A stretch of DNA of 64,000 nt from an uncultured Pelagibacteraceae bacterium (GTDB lineage: Bacteria; Pseudomonadota; Alphaproteobacteria; Pelagibacterales; AG-422-B15), in NCBI GenBank assembly GCA_902577765.1, contig CACHAK010000001.1:187183-251182 (forward strand). Reading direction: 5' to 3'. Positions 1-12,409 of the stretch are shown here, piece by piece (within the stretch, counting starts at the first letter, position 1; every line of letters begins with the position of its first letter). The position numbers and the translations under genes are program-made. The notes beneath the pieces are model-generated. The model searched no databases, had not been told where the DNA came from, and saw nothing but the letters and a program-made list of their open reading frames with translations.

Positions 1-1161
1 CCACATTGTAATGTAGGAACTATCGGTCACGTAGATCATGGGAAAACAACTTTGACTGCAGCAATAACAAAGGTGTTATCAGAATCAGGTGGAGCAGAGT
101 TCACTGCATATGATGCAATTGATAAAGCACCCGAAGAAAAAGAGCGTGGCATCACTATTTCAACAGCTCACGTTGAATACACTACAGATGCAAGACACTA
201 TGCACACGTAGATTGTCCAGGTCATGCCGATTATGTAAAAAATATGATTACAGGCGCGGCGCAAATGGATGGAGCAATACTAGTTGTGAATGCTGCAGAT
301 GGACCTATGCCACAAACTAGGGAACATATACTGCTTGCACGTCAAGTTGGGGTTCCTGCAATTGTTGTTTACTTAAATAAAGTTGACCAAGTTGATGATG
401 CTGAATTATTAGAGCTTGTTGAAGTTGAGATCAGAGACATTTTAAACGAATATGAGTTTCCTGGTGATACAACTCCAATAGTCAAGGGCTCTGCACTAGC
501 TGCAGTTGAAAGTAGAGACGATGAAATCGGAAAAAATTCAATTGTAGAACTTATGAAAGCAGTAGACGATCATATACCTCAACCTGAGCGTGATAAGGAC
601 AAGCCATTCCTTATGCCGATTGAGGATGTATTTTCTATTTCTGGACGTGGTACTGTTTGCACAGGCAGAGTTGAAAGTGGTATCGTTAAAGTCGGTGAGG
701 AGCTAGAAATAGTTGGTATTAAAGAAACTCAAAAAACAACTTGTACTGGAGTTGAGATGTTCCGTAAACTCTTAGATACAGGTGAAGCAGGTGACAACAT
801 TGGTGCACTTTTACGAGGCATTGAGCGAGACCAAGTTGAAAGAGGCCAAGTTCTTGCTCATGTTGGTAGTATTACACCACATACAAAATTTAAATGTGAA
901 GCTTATGTACTGAAGAAAGAAGAGGGTGGTAGACACACACCTTTCTTTACGAATTATCGACCTCAGTTTTACTTTAGAACTACAGATGTAACTGGAGTTT
1001 GTAAGCTTCCTGACGGAACTGAGATGGTAATGCCTGGCGACAACATCGCAATGGAAATAGAGCTTATAGCTCCAATTGCAATGGATAAAGGTGTACGTTT
1101 TGCAATTAGAGAAGGCGGACGAACAGTTGGATCTGGTGTTGTAACAGAAATTATCTCATAA
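1..1161 (+). CDS. tuf: Elongation factor Tu, 5'-truncated by window edge
   Basis: Frame 1 is open from nt 1 ([24 protein letters not shown]1 P-loop). DCPGH and NKVD GTPase motifs follow. The track start at 52 is an internal TTG (Leu). Stop TAA is at 1159-1161. Confidence 0.97.
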   Translation, partial: PHCNVGTIGHVDHGKTTLTAAITKVLSESGGAEFTAYDAIDKAPEEKERGITISTAHVEYTTDARHYAHVDCPGHADYVKNMITGAAQMDGAILVVNAADGPMPQTREHILLARQVGVPAIVVYLNKVDQVDDAELLELVEVEIRDILNEYEFPGDTTPIVKGSALAAVESRDDEIGKNSIVELMKAVDDHIPQPERDKDKPFLMPIEDVFSISGRGTVCTGRVESGIVKVGEELEIVGIKETQKTTCTGVEMFRKLLDTGEAGDNIGALLRGIERDQVERGQVLAHVGSITPHTKFKCEAYVLKKEEGGRHTPFFTNYRPQFYFRTTDVTGVCKLPDGTEMVMPGDNIAMEIELIAPIAMDKGVRFAIREGGRTVGSGVVTEIIS

Positions 1162-1165
1162 CTGG

Positions 1166-1241
1166 AGGAGTGTAGCTCAACTGGTAGAGCACCGGTCTCC
1201 AAAACCGGGGGTTGGGGGTTCGAGTCCCTTCGCTCCTGCCA
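1166..1241 (+). tRNA. trnW: tRNA-Trp (anticodon CCA)
   Basis: 76-nt cloverleaf. Acceptor stem is AGGAGTG/CGCTCCT (one G-T pair), anticodon loop CTCCAAA, T-loop GGTTCGAGTCC, with an encoded 3' CCA. Sits at the classical position upstream of secE. Confidence 0.93.
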
Positions 1242-1255
1242 TTGAAGTAAGTTTT

Positions 1256-1444
1256 ATGAAGCCATTTAAATTTATTCAGGAAGTTAGAAGAGAAGGTAGC
1301 AAAGTTACATGGCCGACTTCAAGGGAGACTCTTACTGGCTCTGTAATGGTTGTACTGATAACAGCTTTTGCGGCAGTATTTTTTTTAATAATCGATCAGA
1401 TATTCAGTTTTGGTTTAGATAAATTAATAGGAGCGGTAGTTTAA
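1256..1444 (+). CDS. secE: Preprotein translocase subunit SecE
   Basis: 62-aa protein with KVTWPT motif followed by a single hydrophobic helix (VMVVLITAFAAVFFLIIDQIF). Conserved position between tRNA-Trp and nusG. Confidence 0.85.
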   Translation: MKPFKFIQEVRREGSKVTWPTSRETLTGSVMVVLITAFAAVFFLIIDQIFSFGLDKLIGAVV

Positions 1445-1446
1445 AT

Positions 1447-1980
1447 ATGTCTCATAAGTGGTACATTGTGCACGCATACTCGGGATTTGAAAAGAAAGTT
1501 GCCGCAGCAATCTCTGAGAAAGCAAAAACAAAAAATATAGAGGACTCCTTTAGTGAAATCATTGTTCCAACTGAGGAAGTTGTTGAAGTTAAAAAAGGAA
1601 AAAAAAGAAATGCCGAAAGAAAGTTTTTTCCAGGTTATGTACTTACTAAAATGGAGATGACGGACGAAACATATCATATGGTAAAGTCTTTGCCAAAAGT
1701 GAGTGGCTTTCTTGGCCATACACAAGGTAAGCCATCAGCTGTGCCTGAGAGTGAGATAAATAAGATTTTACAAGATATTGAAGAAGGTGTAACAAGCCCT
1801 AAACCATCCATTACTTTTGAAGTTGGAGAGCAGGTAAGAGTAAGTGATGGACCTTTTGCATCCTTTAATGGTTTAATAGAAGAGATAGATGAGGAGAGAG
1901 CAAGAGTAAAAGTATCTGTTTCTATATTTGGTAGATCAACACCTGTAGAATTAGAATATACACAAGTAGAGAAAGCGTAA
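1447..1980 (+). CDS. nusG: Transcription termination/antitermination factor NusG
   Basis: NGN domain start [15 protein letters not shown] and C-terminal KOW motif [22 protein letters not shown]. Flanked by secE and rplK. Confidence 0.95.
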   Translation: MSHKWYIVHAYSGFEKKVAAAISEKAKTKNIEDSFSEIIVPTEEVVEVKKGKKRNAERKFFPGYVLTKMEMTDETYHMVKSLPKVSGFLGHTQGKPSAVPESEINKILQDIEEGVTSPKPSITFEVGEQVRVSDGPFASFNGLIEEIDEERARVKVSVSIFGRSTPVELEYTQVEKA

Positions 1981-2408
1981 TGGCAAAAGAGATTGAAGGA
2001 ACATTAAAATTACAAGTACCAGCAGGACAAGCAAATCCATCGCCACCTGTTGGACCTGCTTTGGGGCAAAGAGGCATTAACATTATGGACTTTTGCAAGA
2101 TGTTTAATGACAAGAGTAAAAATGAACAGCCTGGTGTTATGTTGCCTGTAGTAGTCACTTACTTTACGGATAAGAGTTTTACAATGGACATAAAACTTCC
2201 ACCCGTATCATTCTTTATTAAAGAAGCTTTAAAGATAAAGAAAGGATCAAAGGAACCTGGCAGGGATATAATAAAAACTATTTCCATAAAACAATGCGAA
2301 GAAATAGCATCAAAAAAGTTAAAAGATTTAAACGCTAATACAGTAGATCAAGGAACGAAAATAATTGCTGGATCTGCGAAATCTATGGGTATAGAGGTAA
2401 CAGGATAA
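1980..2408 (+). CDS. rplK: 50S ribosomal protein L11
   Basis: [27 protein letters not shown] signature. ATG overlaps the nusG stop by 1 nt (TAATG). Confidence 0.95.
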   Translation: MAKEIEGTLKLQVPAGQANPSPPVGPALGQRGINIMDFCKMFNDKSKNEQPGVMLPVVVTYFTDKSFTMDIKLPPVSFFIKEALKIKKGSKEPGRDIIKTISIKQCEEIASKKLKDLNANTVDQGTKIIAGSAKSMGIEVTG

Positions 2409-3091
2409 TGAGTAAAAGATTGAATAATATTATTGCTGAAAATGATTTTTCAAAAAGCTACTCACTTGAAGATGCGGTGGACATAGCAATTAAATCAGCA
2501 ACAACTAAGTTCAATGAAACAATTGATATTTGTATGAACTTAAATATTGATCCTAAAAATGGAGAACAAAATGTTCGTGGGAAACTTAAGCTTCCAAAAG
2601 GTTTAGGAAAGGATGTAAAGGTTTGTGTGTTCGCATCAGATGATAAACAACAAGAGGCTAAGGATGCGGGAGCTGATATAATAGGATCTGATGAACTTGT
2701 AGAAAAAGTTGAAAATGGATTTTTAGATTTCGATAGATGTATTTCTACTCCTGATATGATGTCCAAAGTTGGTAAATTAGGTAAAGTCCTCGGCCCTCGT
2801 AACCTAATGCCTAATCCAAAATTAGGAAGTGTCACAAATGATATAAAAAAAGCAGTTGAGGATGCTAAAGCAGGTGAATTAGAGTTTAAAAATAATGATA
2901 CGTTAGTACAAGCAGGAATTGCAAAATCTGATTTTGAAAAAGGTGATGTAGTGAGTAATATAAAATTTTTCTTCAAGACAATATCAAAAGAACGACCCTC
3001 TGGTATAAAAGGCGATTTTGTTAAGAAAGTCTCAATTAGCCCTACTATGGGGCCAGGTATTAATATTAATTTGGACTCATTTGGAGTGTAA
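2408..3091 (+). CDS. rplA: 50S ribosomal protein L1
   Basis: LGPRNLMPNPKLGSVT L1 signature. 1-nt overlap with the rplK stop. Confidence 0.95.
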   Translation: MSKRLNNIIAENDFSKSYSLEDAVDIAIKSATTKFNETIDICMNLNIDPKNGEQNVRGKLKLPKGLGKDVKVCVFASDDKQQEAKDAGADIIGSDELVEKVENGFLDFDRCISTPDMMSKVGKLGKVLGPRNLMPNPKLGSVTNDIKKAVEDAKAGELEFKNNDTLVQAGIAKSDFEKGDVVSNIKFFFKTISKERPSGIKGDFVKKVSISPTMGPGININLDSFGV

Positions 3092-3093
3092 TC

Positions 3094-3600
3094 ATGAAAA
3101 GAGAGCAAAAAGAAATATTTATAAAAAACTTAAAAACTATTCTAGGTGAAAATAGTCTTGTATTGGTTTTTCATTATAGAGGCATGTCCATGACTGATAT
3201 GACTAATTTAAGAGTTCAATCTTTCAATTCAGGTTGTAATATAAAAGTTACTAAAAATAGGTTAACTAAATTAGCTCTTAAAGATTCAGATAAGTCAGAG
3301 CTATCTGATCTTTTTGACGGGCCAACAGCTATAGCCTACTCAAATGACCCTGTACAATTGACAAAGCTTTTGACAAATTTCGCTAAAAATAACAGTAATT
3401 TAGTTATTCTCGGCGGCATAATGGATAACGAAATTTTAACTGTTGAAAAAATCGAAATTTTATCTAAATTGCCATCTCTTGAGGAAATAAGGGCACAATT
3501 AATAGGTTTGATAAGTACACCGGCGCAGAAGATTGCATCAATTCTAACTGCTCCACCAGGTAATTTAGCAAGAGTATTTAATGCATATAGTACAAAGTAA
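3094..3600 (+). CDS. rplJ: 50S ribosomal protein L10
   Basis: Position between rplA and rplL. N-terminal L10 pattern VLVFHYRGMSMTDMTNLR. Confidence 0.9.
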   Translation: MKREQKEIFIKNLKTILGENSLVLVFHYRGMSMTDMTNLRVQSFNSGCNIKVTKNRLTKLALKDSDKSELSDLFDGPTAIAYSNDPVQLTKLLTNFAKNNSNLVILGGIMDNEILTVEKIEILSKLPSLEEIRAQLIGLISTPAQKIASILTAPPGNLARVFNAYSTK

Positions 3601-3623
3601 TATAAATAAGAAAGGGAATAAAC

Positions 3624-4004
3624 ATGGCTGACCTCCAACAAATAGTTGACCAACTATCCGACTTAACAGTTATTGAAGCTGCTGAGTTATCTAAAATGCT
3701 TGAAGAAAAATGGGGCGTATCTGCCGCCGCACCCGTAGCCGTAGCCGCTGCAGGAGCTGCACCTTCAGGTGATGCTGCCGCTGCAGAAGAAAAAGATGAA
3801 TTTACTATTGTATTAGCTGCCGCTGGCGATAAAAAGATAAACGTTATTAAAGAAGTTAGAACAATTACTGGGCTAGGTTTAAAAGAAGCAAAAGATCTTG
3901 TTGAGGGCGCACCAAAGGAATTGAAAACAGGTGTTTCAAAAGATGAAGCTAATGGCTTTAAAGAAAAGTTAGAAGCTGCTGGTGCAACAGTAGAACTTAA
4001 ATAA
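3624..4004 (+). CDS. rplL: 50S ribosomal protein L7/L12
   Basis: Ala-rich hinge and C-terminal domain [31 protein letters not shown]. Confidence 0.95.
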   Translation: MADLQQIVDQLSDLTVIEAAELSKMLEEKWGVSAAAPVAVAAAGAAPSGDAAAAEEKDEFTIVLAAAGDKKINVIKEVRTITGLGLKEAKDLVEGAPKELKTGVSKDEANGFKEKLEAAGATVELK

Positions 4005-4072
4005 TTTTTTTAAAATATTTTTTAATCAATAGGTTGTGTGCAAGCTATTGATATTAGGGTAAATATACATTA

Positions 4073-7000
4073 ATGGTTAATACATTATCATTTACTGAAC
4101 GAAAAAGAGTTCGTAAAAACTTTGGCAAGTTAAAAGAAGTTTCTAAATTCCCTAACCTTATTGAAATACAAAAAAAATCTTATGAAGATTTTTTACTTGA
4201 ATATATAAATCCATCTGAAAGACCAGAAAAAGGCCTTCAGAAAGTTTTCAAAAGTGTATTTCCTTTAGAAGATTTTTCTGGATCAGCAAGGATTGAATAT
4301 ATTGAGTATGATTTCCAGTCCCCAAAATTTGATGTAGATGAGTGCCGTCAAAGAGATAAGACTTATGCTGCTCCATTAAATGTAAAATTAAGATTAATAG
4401 TTTTTGATATAGATGAAGAAACAGAATCTAGAACTGTAAAAGATATCAAGGAACAAGAAATTTACTTATGCGATTTGCCTTTGATGACTCAAAAAGGGAC
4501 ATTTATCACTAATGGAACTGAGAGAGTGGTTGTCAGTCAAATGCATAGAAGTCCAGGAGTATTTTTTGATCATGATAATGGAAAAACACATTCTAGTGGT
4601 AAATTACTATTCGGAGCAAGAGTAATCCCGTATAGGGGTTCATGGCTGGATATTGAGTTTGATCACAAAGATATTATTCACTGTAGGATCGATAGAAAAA
4701 AGAAAATACCAATCACTACATTTCTTATGGCAATGGGAATTAAACGTGATGAGATACTATCTCTTTTCTATGGCACTGAGACTTACTCATTAAATACGAA
4801 AGACGGCAAGTGGAAGGTAAGCTTTAATCCTAAAAATATAAAAACTGGTAAATTACAAAAAAACCTCGTTAATGCTGCAAATGGAAAAGTTACTATTAAA
4901 CAAGGGACTAAAATCAATCCTGCTATTGCAAAAAAACTTTTTAACGATGGTTTAAAACACTTATTGTTAGAAGACGATGAGCTAATAGGAAAGTTTATAG
5001 CTGATGATATAATCAATGAAAAAACAGGAGAAATATATTTTGAGTCATCTGACGAAATAACTCTTGAAACCATTGAAAAGATTAAAGAGCTTAAAATAAC
5101 AAAAATTCCTGTTTTGGAAATCGATGGTATTAACGTCGGTTCATTCATACGTGATACATTGAGAGTTGATAAAAACTTGAGTCCTGAAGAGGCAGTAGTT
5201 GAAATATATAAAGTATTAAGACCTGGTGAACCCCCTAACCTTGAGACTGCTTTTGAAGTATTTAATTCATTATTTTTTAAATCTGAAAAATACGATCTTT
5301 CTGATGTTGGAAGAGTAAAAATGAATTATAGACTTAATTTAGAGTGCTCTGATGCTGTCACTGTGTTACGAAGTGAGGATGTAATTGAAGTCATCAAAAC
5401 AGTTATGGACTTAAGAACGGGAAAAGGTGAAGTAGATGATATTGATCATTTAGGCAATAGAAGGGTGAGGTCAGTAGGTGAATTAGTTGAAAATCAATTT
5501 AGGATGGGTCTTATTCGAATGGAAAGATCTATTAAAGAAAGAATGAACTCCCTTGAAGTAGATGCTGCAACACCTCAAGATATCATTAATGCTAAGCCTT
5601 TAGTTGCATCTTTAAAAGAGTTTTTTGGAACATCACAACTATCGCAATTCATGGATCAAACTAATCCTTTAGCTGAAATTACTCATAAAAGAAGGTTATC
5701 TGCACTTGGACCTGGTGGACTTAGTAGAGAGAGAGCTGGTTTTGAGGTAAGAGATGTGCATCCAACTCATTATGGTAGAATTTGCCCAATAGAAACACCT
5801 GAAGGACCTAATATTGGTCTCATAAATAGCTTAGCATCACACGCCAGAGTTAACCAGTATGGGTTTATTGAGAGTCCTTATAGGAAGGTTATTAAAGGAA
5901 AAGTAACTAATGAAGTTGAATATCTTCCTGCTATGGAAGAAGCGGATTACACTATTGCTCAAGCTAATAGTGAGCTAGATGATAAAGGAAGTTTTGTAAC
6001 AAAGCTAGTCTCATGCCGTAAAAATGGTGATTTTGTAATGACTGTTCCTGATGAGATTGACTATATGGATGTCTCACCTAAGCAAGTAGTTTCTTGCGCA
6101 GCATCATTAATACCATTTCTTGAAAATGATGATGCAAATAGAGCCCTCATGGGATCAAACATGATGAGGCAAGCAGTACCGTTAATACAAGCTGAGTCAC
6201 CACTGGTTGGAACAGGAGTGGAAAAGGTTGTGGCAGTAGACTCGGGAGTAACAATAGTAGCAAAAAGAGACGGTGTTGTTGATAAAATTGATGGAAAAAG
6301 AATTGTGGTTAGAGTTACAGAAAAAATCAAGACAACTGAGTCTGGCGTTGATATTTATACTCTTCAAAAATTTCAAAGATCAAACCAAAGCACATGTATA
6401 AATCAGAGGCCATTAGTGAAAGTTGGCGATAAAGTAGCTAAAGGTGACATAATTGCTGATGGCCCTTCCACTCATTTTGGAGAGCTAGGATTAGGTCGAA
6501 ATGTGGTCGTTGCATTTATGCCTTGGCGTGGTTATAACTTTGAAGACTCAATTCTAATTTCAGAAAAAATTGTTCAAGAAGATAAATTCACCTCAATTCA
6601 TATTGAAGAATTTGAGGTTATGTCAAGAGATACAAAATTAGGCTCCGAAGAAATAACAAGAGATATACCAAACGCAGGTGATGAAATGCTCCGTAATCTT
6701 GATGAGGCAGGTATCGTTTATGTAGGCGCAGACGTTAATCCTGGGGATATTCTTGTCGGAAAAGTCACTCCAAAAGGGGAAAGTCCAGTTACTCCAGAGG
6801 AAAAATTATTAAGAGCAATTTTTGGTGAAAAAGCAACTGACGTCAAAGATACCTCTCTAAGATTGCCTCCTGGATCAAGCGGAATTGTTGTTGATGTGAA
6901 AGTATTCAACAGATATGGAATAGAAAAAGATGATCGAGCCTTGTCTATTGAAAGAGATGAAATTGAAAAATTAGCAAATGATCGAGAGGCTGAACTTGGA

Positions 7001-8176
7001 ATTCTTAACAGAAATATCAAAGAAAGACTCATTTCACTGATTAATAGCAAAACTGTCTCGGAGTCCCCTGACGATGTTGAAAAACAGAATAGTTACGATA
7101 TAGCTACTTTGTCTAACGTAAAATTGGACTCTCTATGGGAAATGAAATTACAGAGTTCAAAAGATCAAAATGAAATAGAAAATCTAAAAAAACAATATGA
7201 TATTGCTAGATCTGCAATTCAAACTCGCTTCGATAATAAAGTTGATAAAGTACAACGAGGTGACGAACTCTTACCTGGCGTAATGAAGATGGTAAAAGTT
7301 TTTGTTGCTGTCAAAAGAAAATTACAGCCTGGTGACAAAATGGCAGGTAGACATGGTAATAAGGGAGTAATAAGTAAAATTGCACCAGTTGAAGACATGC
7401 CTTATCTTGAAGACGGTAGAACAGTTGATATTGTTTTAAATCCTCTGGGTGTACCTAGCAGAATGAATGTAGGTCAAATCTTAGAAACACATTTGGGCTG
7501 GGCGTGTGCTGGTATAGGAGAAATAATAAATAAATCTCTTGCACAATATAAATCATCTAATGACCACTCATTAATTGGACAATCTCTTGAAAAGGTTTAC
7601 GGGAAGGATCAGTATAAAAATGAAATCTCGTCCTTGAGTAAAGATGAACAAAAAGAATTAGCAATGAATATTGCAAATGGAGTTCCAATCAAAACCCCTG
7701 TTTTTGATGGTGCATCTGAATCAGAAATTTCGGACATGCTGGGTGAAGCTGGTTTTGATAAAAGTGGACAAACGCAGTTATGGGATGGTCTAACAGGGGA
7801 AAAATTTGAGAGAAAGGTTACTGTAGGATATATCTACATGCTCAAACTTCATCATCTAGTTGATGATAAAATTCATGCTCGATCTATTGGACCTTATAGT
7901 CTTGTTACCCAACAACCTCTTGGGGGTAAAGCACAATTCGGTGGACAAAGATTTGGTGAAATGGAGGTTTGGGCGCTTGAGGCATATGGAGCAGCTTATA
8001 CTCTTCAAGAAATATTGACAGTAAAATCGGACGATGTTGCTGGTAGAACTAAAGTATATGAAACCATTATTAGAGGTGAAGATGTATTCCAATCTGGAAC
8101 GCCTGAGTCATTTAATGTTTTGATAAAAGAAATCAGATCATTAGGTTTAAACATTGAACTTTCAAACTTGAATTAG
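4073..8176 (+). CDS. rpoB: DNA-directed RNA polymerase subunit beta
   Basis: 1367 aa. Conserved blocks [66 protein letters not shown]. Confidence 0.98.
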   Translation: MVNTLSFTERKRVRKNFGKLKEVSKFPNLIEIQKKSYEDFLLEYINPSERPEKGLQKVFKSVFPLEDFSGSARIEYIEYDFQSPKFDVDECRQRDKTYAAPLNVKLRLIVFDIDEETESRTVKDIKEQEIYLCDLPLMTQKGTFITNGTERVVVSQMHRSPGVFFDHDNGKTHSSGKLLFGARVIPYRGSWLDIEFDHKDIIHCRIDRKKKIPITTFLMAMGIKRDEILSLFYGTETYSLNTKDGKWKVSFNPKNIKTGKLQKNLVNAANGKVTIKQGTKINPAIAKKLFNDGLKHLLLEDDELIGKFIADDIINEKTGEIYFESSDEITLETIEKIKELKITKIPVLEIDGINVGSFIRDTLRVDKNLSPEEAVVEIYKVLRPGEPPNLETAFEVFNSLFFKSEKYDLSDVGRVKMNYRLNLECSDAVTVLRSEDVIEVIKTVMDLRTGKGEVDDIDHLGNRRVRSVGELVENQFRMGLIRMERSIKERMNSLEVDAATPQDIINAKPLVASLKEFFGTSQLSQFMDQTNPLAEITHKRRLSALGPGGLSRERAGFEVRDVHPTHYGRICPIETPEGPNIGLINSLASHARVNQYGFIESPYRKVIKGKVTNEVEYLPAMEEADYTIAQANSELDDKGSFVTKLVSCRKNGDFVMTVPDEIDYMDVSPKQVVSCAASLIPFLENDDANRALMGSNMMRQAVPLIQAESPLVGTGVEKVVAVDSGVTIVAKRDGVVDKIDGKRIVVRVTEKIKTTESGVDIYTLQKFQRSNQSTCINQRPLVKVGDKVAKGDIIADGPSTHFGELGLGRNVVVAFMPWRGYNFEDSILISEKIVQEDKFTSIHIEEFEVMSRDTKLGSEEITRDIPNAGDEMLRNLDEAGIVYVGADVNPGDILVGKVTPKGESPVTPEEKLLRAIFGEKATDVKDTSLRLPPGSSGIVVDVKVFNRYGIEKDDRALSIERDEIEKLANDREAELGILNRNIKERLISLINSKTVSESPDDVEKQNSYDIATLSNVKLDSLWEMKLQSSKDQNEIENLKKQYDIARSAIQTRFDNKVDKVQRGDELLPGVMKMVKVFVAVKRKLQPGDKMAGRHGNKGVISKIAPVEDMPYLEDGRTVDIVLNPLGVPSRMNVGQILETHLGWACAGIGEIINKSLAQYKSSNDHSLIGQSLEKVYGKDQYKNEISSLSKDEQKELAMNIANGVPIKTPVFDGASESEISDMLGEAGFDKSGQTQLWDGLTGEKFERKVTVGYIYMLKLHHLVDDKIHARSIGPYSLVTQQPLGGKAQFGGQRFGEMEVWALEAYGAAYTLQEILTVKSDDVAGRTKVYETIIRGEDVFQSGTPESFNVLIKEIRSLGLNIELSNLN

Positions 8177-8184
8177 GAAAACTT

Positions 8185-11100
8185 ATGAGCCAATCTTTAA
8201 TGAATATTTTTAATCCTGCTGCATCAAGAGATGACTTTAATCAAGTAAAAATCTCAATCGCAAGTCCAGAGAGAATACTATCATGGTCATATGGAGAGAT
8301 AAAAAAACCTGAAACAATAAATTATAGAACATTCAAACCAGAAAGGGACGGTCTTTTTTGTGCAAGAATTTTTGGACCAATTAAAGACTACGAATGTTTA
8401 TGTGGCAAGTACAAAAGAATGAAGTTCAAGGGTATCATTTGTGAAAAATGCGGTGTTGAGGTAACAAAAAAAGATGTAAGAAGAGAGAGAATGGGACATA
8501 TACAGTTAGCTGCTCCTGTAGCTCATATATGGTTTCTTAAATCACTTCCAAGTCGAATTGCCCTTATGATGGACATGAAATTGAAAGACCTTGAAAAAGT
8601 GCTTTATTTCGAGAAATTTATGGTTACCGAGCCTGGATTGACACCTTTAATTCAAAATCAGCTTTTAGATGAAGAGGAATTGGAAAATGCGAAAGAGGAA
8701 TATGGCGAAGATTCATTTTCTGCTGGTATAGGTGCAGAAGCAGTGAGGAAAGTTCTTGAAAGAATAGAACTTGAGACAGAGCTTGAAGCATTACGCACAA
8801 AACTTTCAGAAACAAAAGCAGTAGCTTTATCAGAAAAGTTGGTGAAACGAATTAAAATTTTTGAGGCTTTTATATCATCTGGTAATAGACCTGAATGGAT
8901 GATATTAACATCGATACCTGTTATCCCTCCGGAATTAAGACCGCTCGTTCCACTTGACGGAGGTAGATTTGCTTCAAGTGATTTAAACGATTTATATAGA
9001 AGAGTAATTAATCGAAATAATAGATTATCTAGACTGATTGAATTACGCGCTCCTGATATAATTATTAGAAATGAAAAAAGGATGCTTCAAGAGTCTGTTG
9101 ATGCTCTGTTTGACAATGGAAGAAGAGGAAGAGTAATCACTGGAACAAACAAAAGACCACTTAAATCACTAGCAGAAATGCTTAAAGGTAAACAGGGTCG
9201 CTTTAGACAGAATTTATTGGGAAAAAGGGTTGATTATTCCGGAAGGTCGGTAATTGTTGTGGGCCCTGAGCTTAAACTTCATCAATGTGGCTTACCTAAA
9301 AAAATGGCCATCGAGCTATTTAAACCCTTCATTTATGCTAGATTAGAGTCTTTAGGCTTGGCAACGACGTTAAAACAAGCAAAAAAAATGGTAGAAAAGG
9401 AACGTCCAGAAGTTTGGGATGTGTTAGACCGCGTAATAAGAGAGCACCCGGTAATACTTAACAGGGCGCCAACTTTACATAGATTAGGTGTTCAGGCCTT
9501 TGAACCAGTATTAATCGAAGGTAAGGCAATTCAGCTCCATCCTCTTGTTTGTACTGCATTCAACGCGGATTTTGACGGAGATCAAATGGCAGTTCATGTT
9601 CCGCTAAGCCTTGAGGCACAACTTGAAGCTAGAGTTCTGATGATGTCGACAAATAATATACTTAATCCAGCAAACGGAAAACCAGTAATTGTTCCAAGTC
9701 AAGATATCGTTTTAGGAATTTACTACTTATCACAGGAAAAAGAAAATGAACCCGGTCAAGGAGCAACATTTAAAGACATATATGAAGTTCAGCAAGCTCT
9801 TGAAAATAACGCAACAACTGTGCATGCTAAAGTTCATGCAAGAATTAATTTTATAGATCATGACGGTAATAAAAAGCAAAAAAGAATTGAAACAACGCCA
9901 GGCAGAATGTTGCTATGGAATTTAGTTCCGCAACATAAAGATCTTGACCCAAAAATTGTTAATAGGCTTCTAGGAAAAAAAGAAATATCAAGTTTAATTG
10001 ATATAGTTTACAGGTATTGTGGACAAAAAGATACCGTCATATTTGCAGATCAATTAATGGCCTTAGGTTTTCATTATGCATATAAGGCGGGGATTTCGTT
10101 TGGAAAAGATGATATGATTATTCCAGAAACAAAAGAGAAACTTGTTTCTGAAACTGCTGGCCAAATAGAAAAATATGAAAAGCAATATAATGACGGGCTA
10201 ATCACCAATAGAGAAAAATATAATAAAGTGATAGATGCTTGGGCAAAATGTACTGACCGTGTTGCTCAGGAAATGATGAATGAAATATCATCAAAGAAAT
10301 TTGATGATGAAACAAAGAGAGAAAAGCCAATCAATTCAATTTACATGATGGCAAATTCTGGGGCTCGTGGATCAGCTGCACAGATGAAGCAACTATCCGG
10401 AATGAGAGGTCTGATGGCAAAACCATCTGGTGATATTATTGAAACCCCTATTATTTCAAACTTTAAAGAGGGATTAAATGTATTGGAATACTTTAATTCA
10501 ACTCATGGCGCAAGAAAGGGACTCGCCGATACTGCTTTGAAAACTGCAAATTCAGGGTATTTAACAAGACGACTTTGTGATGTTGCTCAGGATTGTACTA
10601 TATCTGAAGCTGACTGCGGCACAGTTAATGGAGTATGGATTTCAGATGTAGTTGAGGGAGGTGAAGTAATAATTTCTATAGCTGACAGAGTATTGGGAAG
10701 ATTTTTACAAAATGATGTAAATCATCCGCTAACTGGAGAAAATATTGCAAAAAAAGATGATTATGTAGATGAGAGTGTCGCAGAAAAAATTGAAGTTGCA
10801 GGTATTCAAAGCGTCTATATTAGATCTCCATTAACTTGTGATAGTAAGCGAGGTATTTGTGTAAAGTGTTATGGTCGAGATTTAGCAAGAGGATTCCTAG
10901 TTAATCAAGGTGAAGCGGTTGGAATGATAGCTGCACAGTCTATAGGAGAGCCAGGAACCCAGCTAACAATGAGAACATTTCACATTGGTGGAGCTGCTCA
11001 AATTAACGATCAATCATTTATTGAAATTAGCACTGATGGAATATTTAAAATCTTAAATAAAAATACAGTTGAGGATAGTAACAGTGATTTAATTGTAATG

Positions 11101-12372
11101 GGAAGAAATTGTCAATTAGCAATACAAGATGCAAATGGAAGAGAGCTTGCGAATTATAAGGTACCTTATGGTACAAAAATATTAGTTGAAGAAGATTCAA
11201 ATGTGGCTAGTGGTACTAAGATTTGTGAATGGGATCCATTTACAAACCCTGTAATTTCTGAAAAATCTGGAACTGCTAATTATGTAGATATGGAAGAAGG
11301 AATATCTCTAATTGAAGAGACTGAAGAGAAGACTGGATTAACTTATACTAAGGTAAAAGATTGGAAATCAGATCCAAAAGGTAGTGAATTGAAACCAAGA
11401 ATTACTCTAAGAGATGATAAAGGAGAAGTAATTCTTCTCGCCAATGGTAATGAAGCAAGATACTTCCTACCGCCAGACTCAATCTTATCTGTAGCTGATG
11501 GATCTGAAGTTCATGCAGGTGACGTACTTGCTAGAACCCCTAAAGCTGCGTCAAAAACAAAAGACATAACTGGAGGTTTGCCAAGAGTTGCAGAATTATT
11601 TGAAGCAAGAAAACCAAAAGACCATGCGATTATATCTGAGACATCTGGAATTATATCCTTTGGAAAAGACATTCGTGGTAAACAAAAAGTTATTATTACT
11701 CCTGAAAAGGATGGTGATCCTGTAGAAGTATTAATACCTAAAGGAAAACATATCGCGTATCAGGAAGGTGAGTCAATTGAAAAAGGAGATTATTTACTTG
11801 ATGGCAATCCGGATCCACACGATATTTTAGAAATTTTAGGAATCGAAGCGTTAGCTGATTATCTTATCAATGAAGTACAAGAAGTTTACAGATTACAAGG
11901 AGTTTTAATAAACGATAAACACATTGAAGTGCTATGTAGGCAGATGTTACAAAAGGTTCATATCACTGAAGTTGGCGATAGTTCATATATTAAAGGTGAG
12001 GAAATAGACAGATTTGAATTCTTGACGACGAACGAAAGTCTTGAAAATGAAGGCAAGAAACCTGCTATAGCTAAACCTGTACTGCTTGGTATTACAAAAG
12101 CATCTCTTCAAACAAGATCTTTCATTTCAGCTGCATCTTTTCAAGAAACAACCAGAATACTTACAGATGCTTCAATAAAAGGGAAAATGGACAGGCTTGA
12201 GGGCCTTAAAGAGAATGTTATTGTTGGAAGATTAATCCCAGCTGGAACAGGACGAACTTTTAATCAAATCGAAAATAAAGCAAAAATGCTTGATAAAGAG
12301 GCAAAAATTGAAATTGAAGCAATTCAGGCGAAGAAAGAGCAACAATCAGCTGAAATTCAGGAGAATTCCTAA
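8185..12372 (+). CDS. rpoC: DNA-directed RNA polymerase subunit beta'
   Basis: 1395 aa. Zn-binding [23 protein letters not shown], catalytic [12 protein letters not shown], and a trigger-loop region with a proteobacterial-type insertion. Confidence 0.98.
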   Translation: MSQSLMNIFNPAASRDDFNQVKISIASPERILSWSYGEIKKPETINYRTFKPERDGLFCARIFGPIKDYECLCGKYKRMKFKGIICEKCGVEVTKKDVRRERMGHIQLAAPVAHIWFLKSLPSRIALMMDMKLKDLEKVLYFEKFMVTEPGLTPLIQNQLLDEEELENAKEEYGEDSFSAGIGAEAVRKVLERIELETELEALRTKLSETKAVALSEKLVKRIKIFEAFISSGNRPEWMILTSIPVIPPELRPLVPLDGGRFASSDLNDLYRRVINRNNRLSRLIELRAPDIIIRNEKRMLQESVDALFDNGRRGRVITGTNKRPLKSLAEMLKGKQGRFRQNLLGKRVDYSGRSVIVVGPELKLHQCGLPKKMAIELFKPFIYARLESLGLATTLKQAKKMVEKERPEVWDVLDRVIREHPVILNRAPTLHRLGVQAFEPVLIEGKAIQLHPLVCTAFNADFDGDQMAVHVPLSLEAQLEARVLMMSTNNILNPANGKPVIVPSQDIVLGIYYLSQEKENEPGQGATFKDIYEVQQALENNATTVHAKVHARINFIDHDGNKKQKRIETTPGRMLLWNLVPQHKDLDPKIVNRLLGKKEISSLIDIVYRYCGQKDTVIFADQLMALGFHYAYKAGISFGKDDMIIPETKEKLVSETAGQIEKYEKQYNDGLITNREKYNKVIDAWAKCTDRVAQEMMNEISSKKFDDETKREKPINSIYMMANSGARGSAAQMKQLSGMRGLMAKPSGDIIETPIISNFKEGLNVLEYFNSTHGARKGLADTALKTANSGYLTRRLCDVAQDCTISEADCGTVNGVWISDVVEGGEVIISIADRVLGRFLQNDVNHPLTGENIAKKDDYVDESVAEKIEVAGIQSVYIRSPLTCDSKRGICVKCYGRDLARGFLVNQGEAVGMIAAQSIGEPGTQLTMRTFHIGGAAQINDQSFIEISTDGIFKILNKNTVEDSNSDLIVMGRNCQLAIQDANGRELANYKVPYGTKILVEEDSNVASGTKICEWDPFTNPVISEKSGTANYVDMEEGISLIEETEEKTGLTYTKVKDWKSDPKGSELKPRITLRDDKGEVILLANGNEARYFLPPDSILSVADGSEVHAGDVLARTPKAASKTKDITGGLPRVAELFEARKPKDHAIISETSGIISFGKDIRGKQKVIITPEKDGDPVEVLIPKGKHIAYQEGESIEKGDYLLDGNPDPHDILEILGIEALADYLINEVQEVYRLQGVLINDKHIEVLCRQMLQKVHITEVGDSSYIKGEEIDRFEFLTTNESLENEGKKPAIAKPVLLGITKASLQTRSFISAASFQETTRILTDASIKGKMDRLEGLKENVIVGRLIPAGTGRTFNQIENKAKMLDKEAKIEIEAIQAKKEQQSAEIQENS

Positions 12373-12381
12373 CAAATTTTG

Positions 12382-12409
12382 TTGACCTGTATAAACAATT
12401 AAGTATTAT
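12382..12409 (+). promoter_or_regulatory. Candidate sigma70-type promoter upstream of rpsL
   Basis: TTGACC (12382-12387), 16-nt spacer, TATTAT (12404-12409), inside the 137-nt rpoC-rpsL gap. Hexamer matching only, and AT-rich DNA produces chance matches. Confidence 0.4.

Noticed and set aside
2458-3108. 216-aa ORF on the minus strand covering almost all of rplA
   Set aside because: This is a shadow ORF antisense to a Lys/Glu/Asp-rich gene. Its product is low-complexity S/F/L/P-rich with no recognisable motifs, while the sense strand encodes an unmistakable L1.
3715-3790. A sharply GC-rich patch in otherwise AT-rich DNA
   Set aside because: It is fully explained by the Ala/Pro-rich flexible hinge of L7/L12 ([22 protein letters not shown]). 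It is not an insertion or foreign DNA.
4025-4052. 8-bp inverted repeat (ATCAATAG / CTATTGAT) between rplL and rpoB, where E. coli has an attenuator
   Set aside because: The stem is AT-rich with a 12-nt loop and no following T-run, so it is too weak to call a terminator or attenuator from sequence alone.
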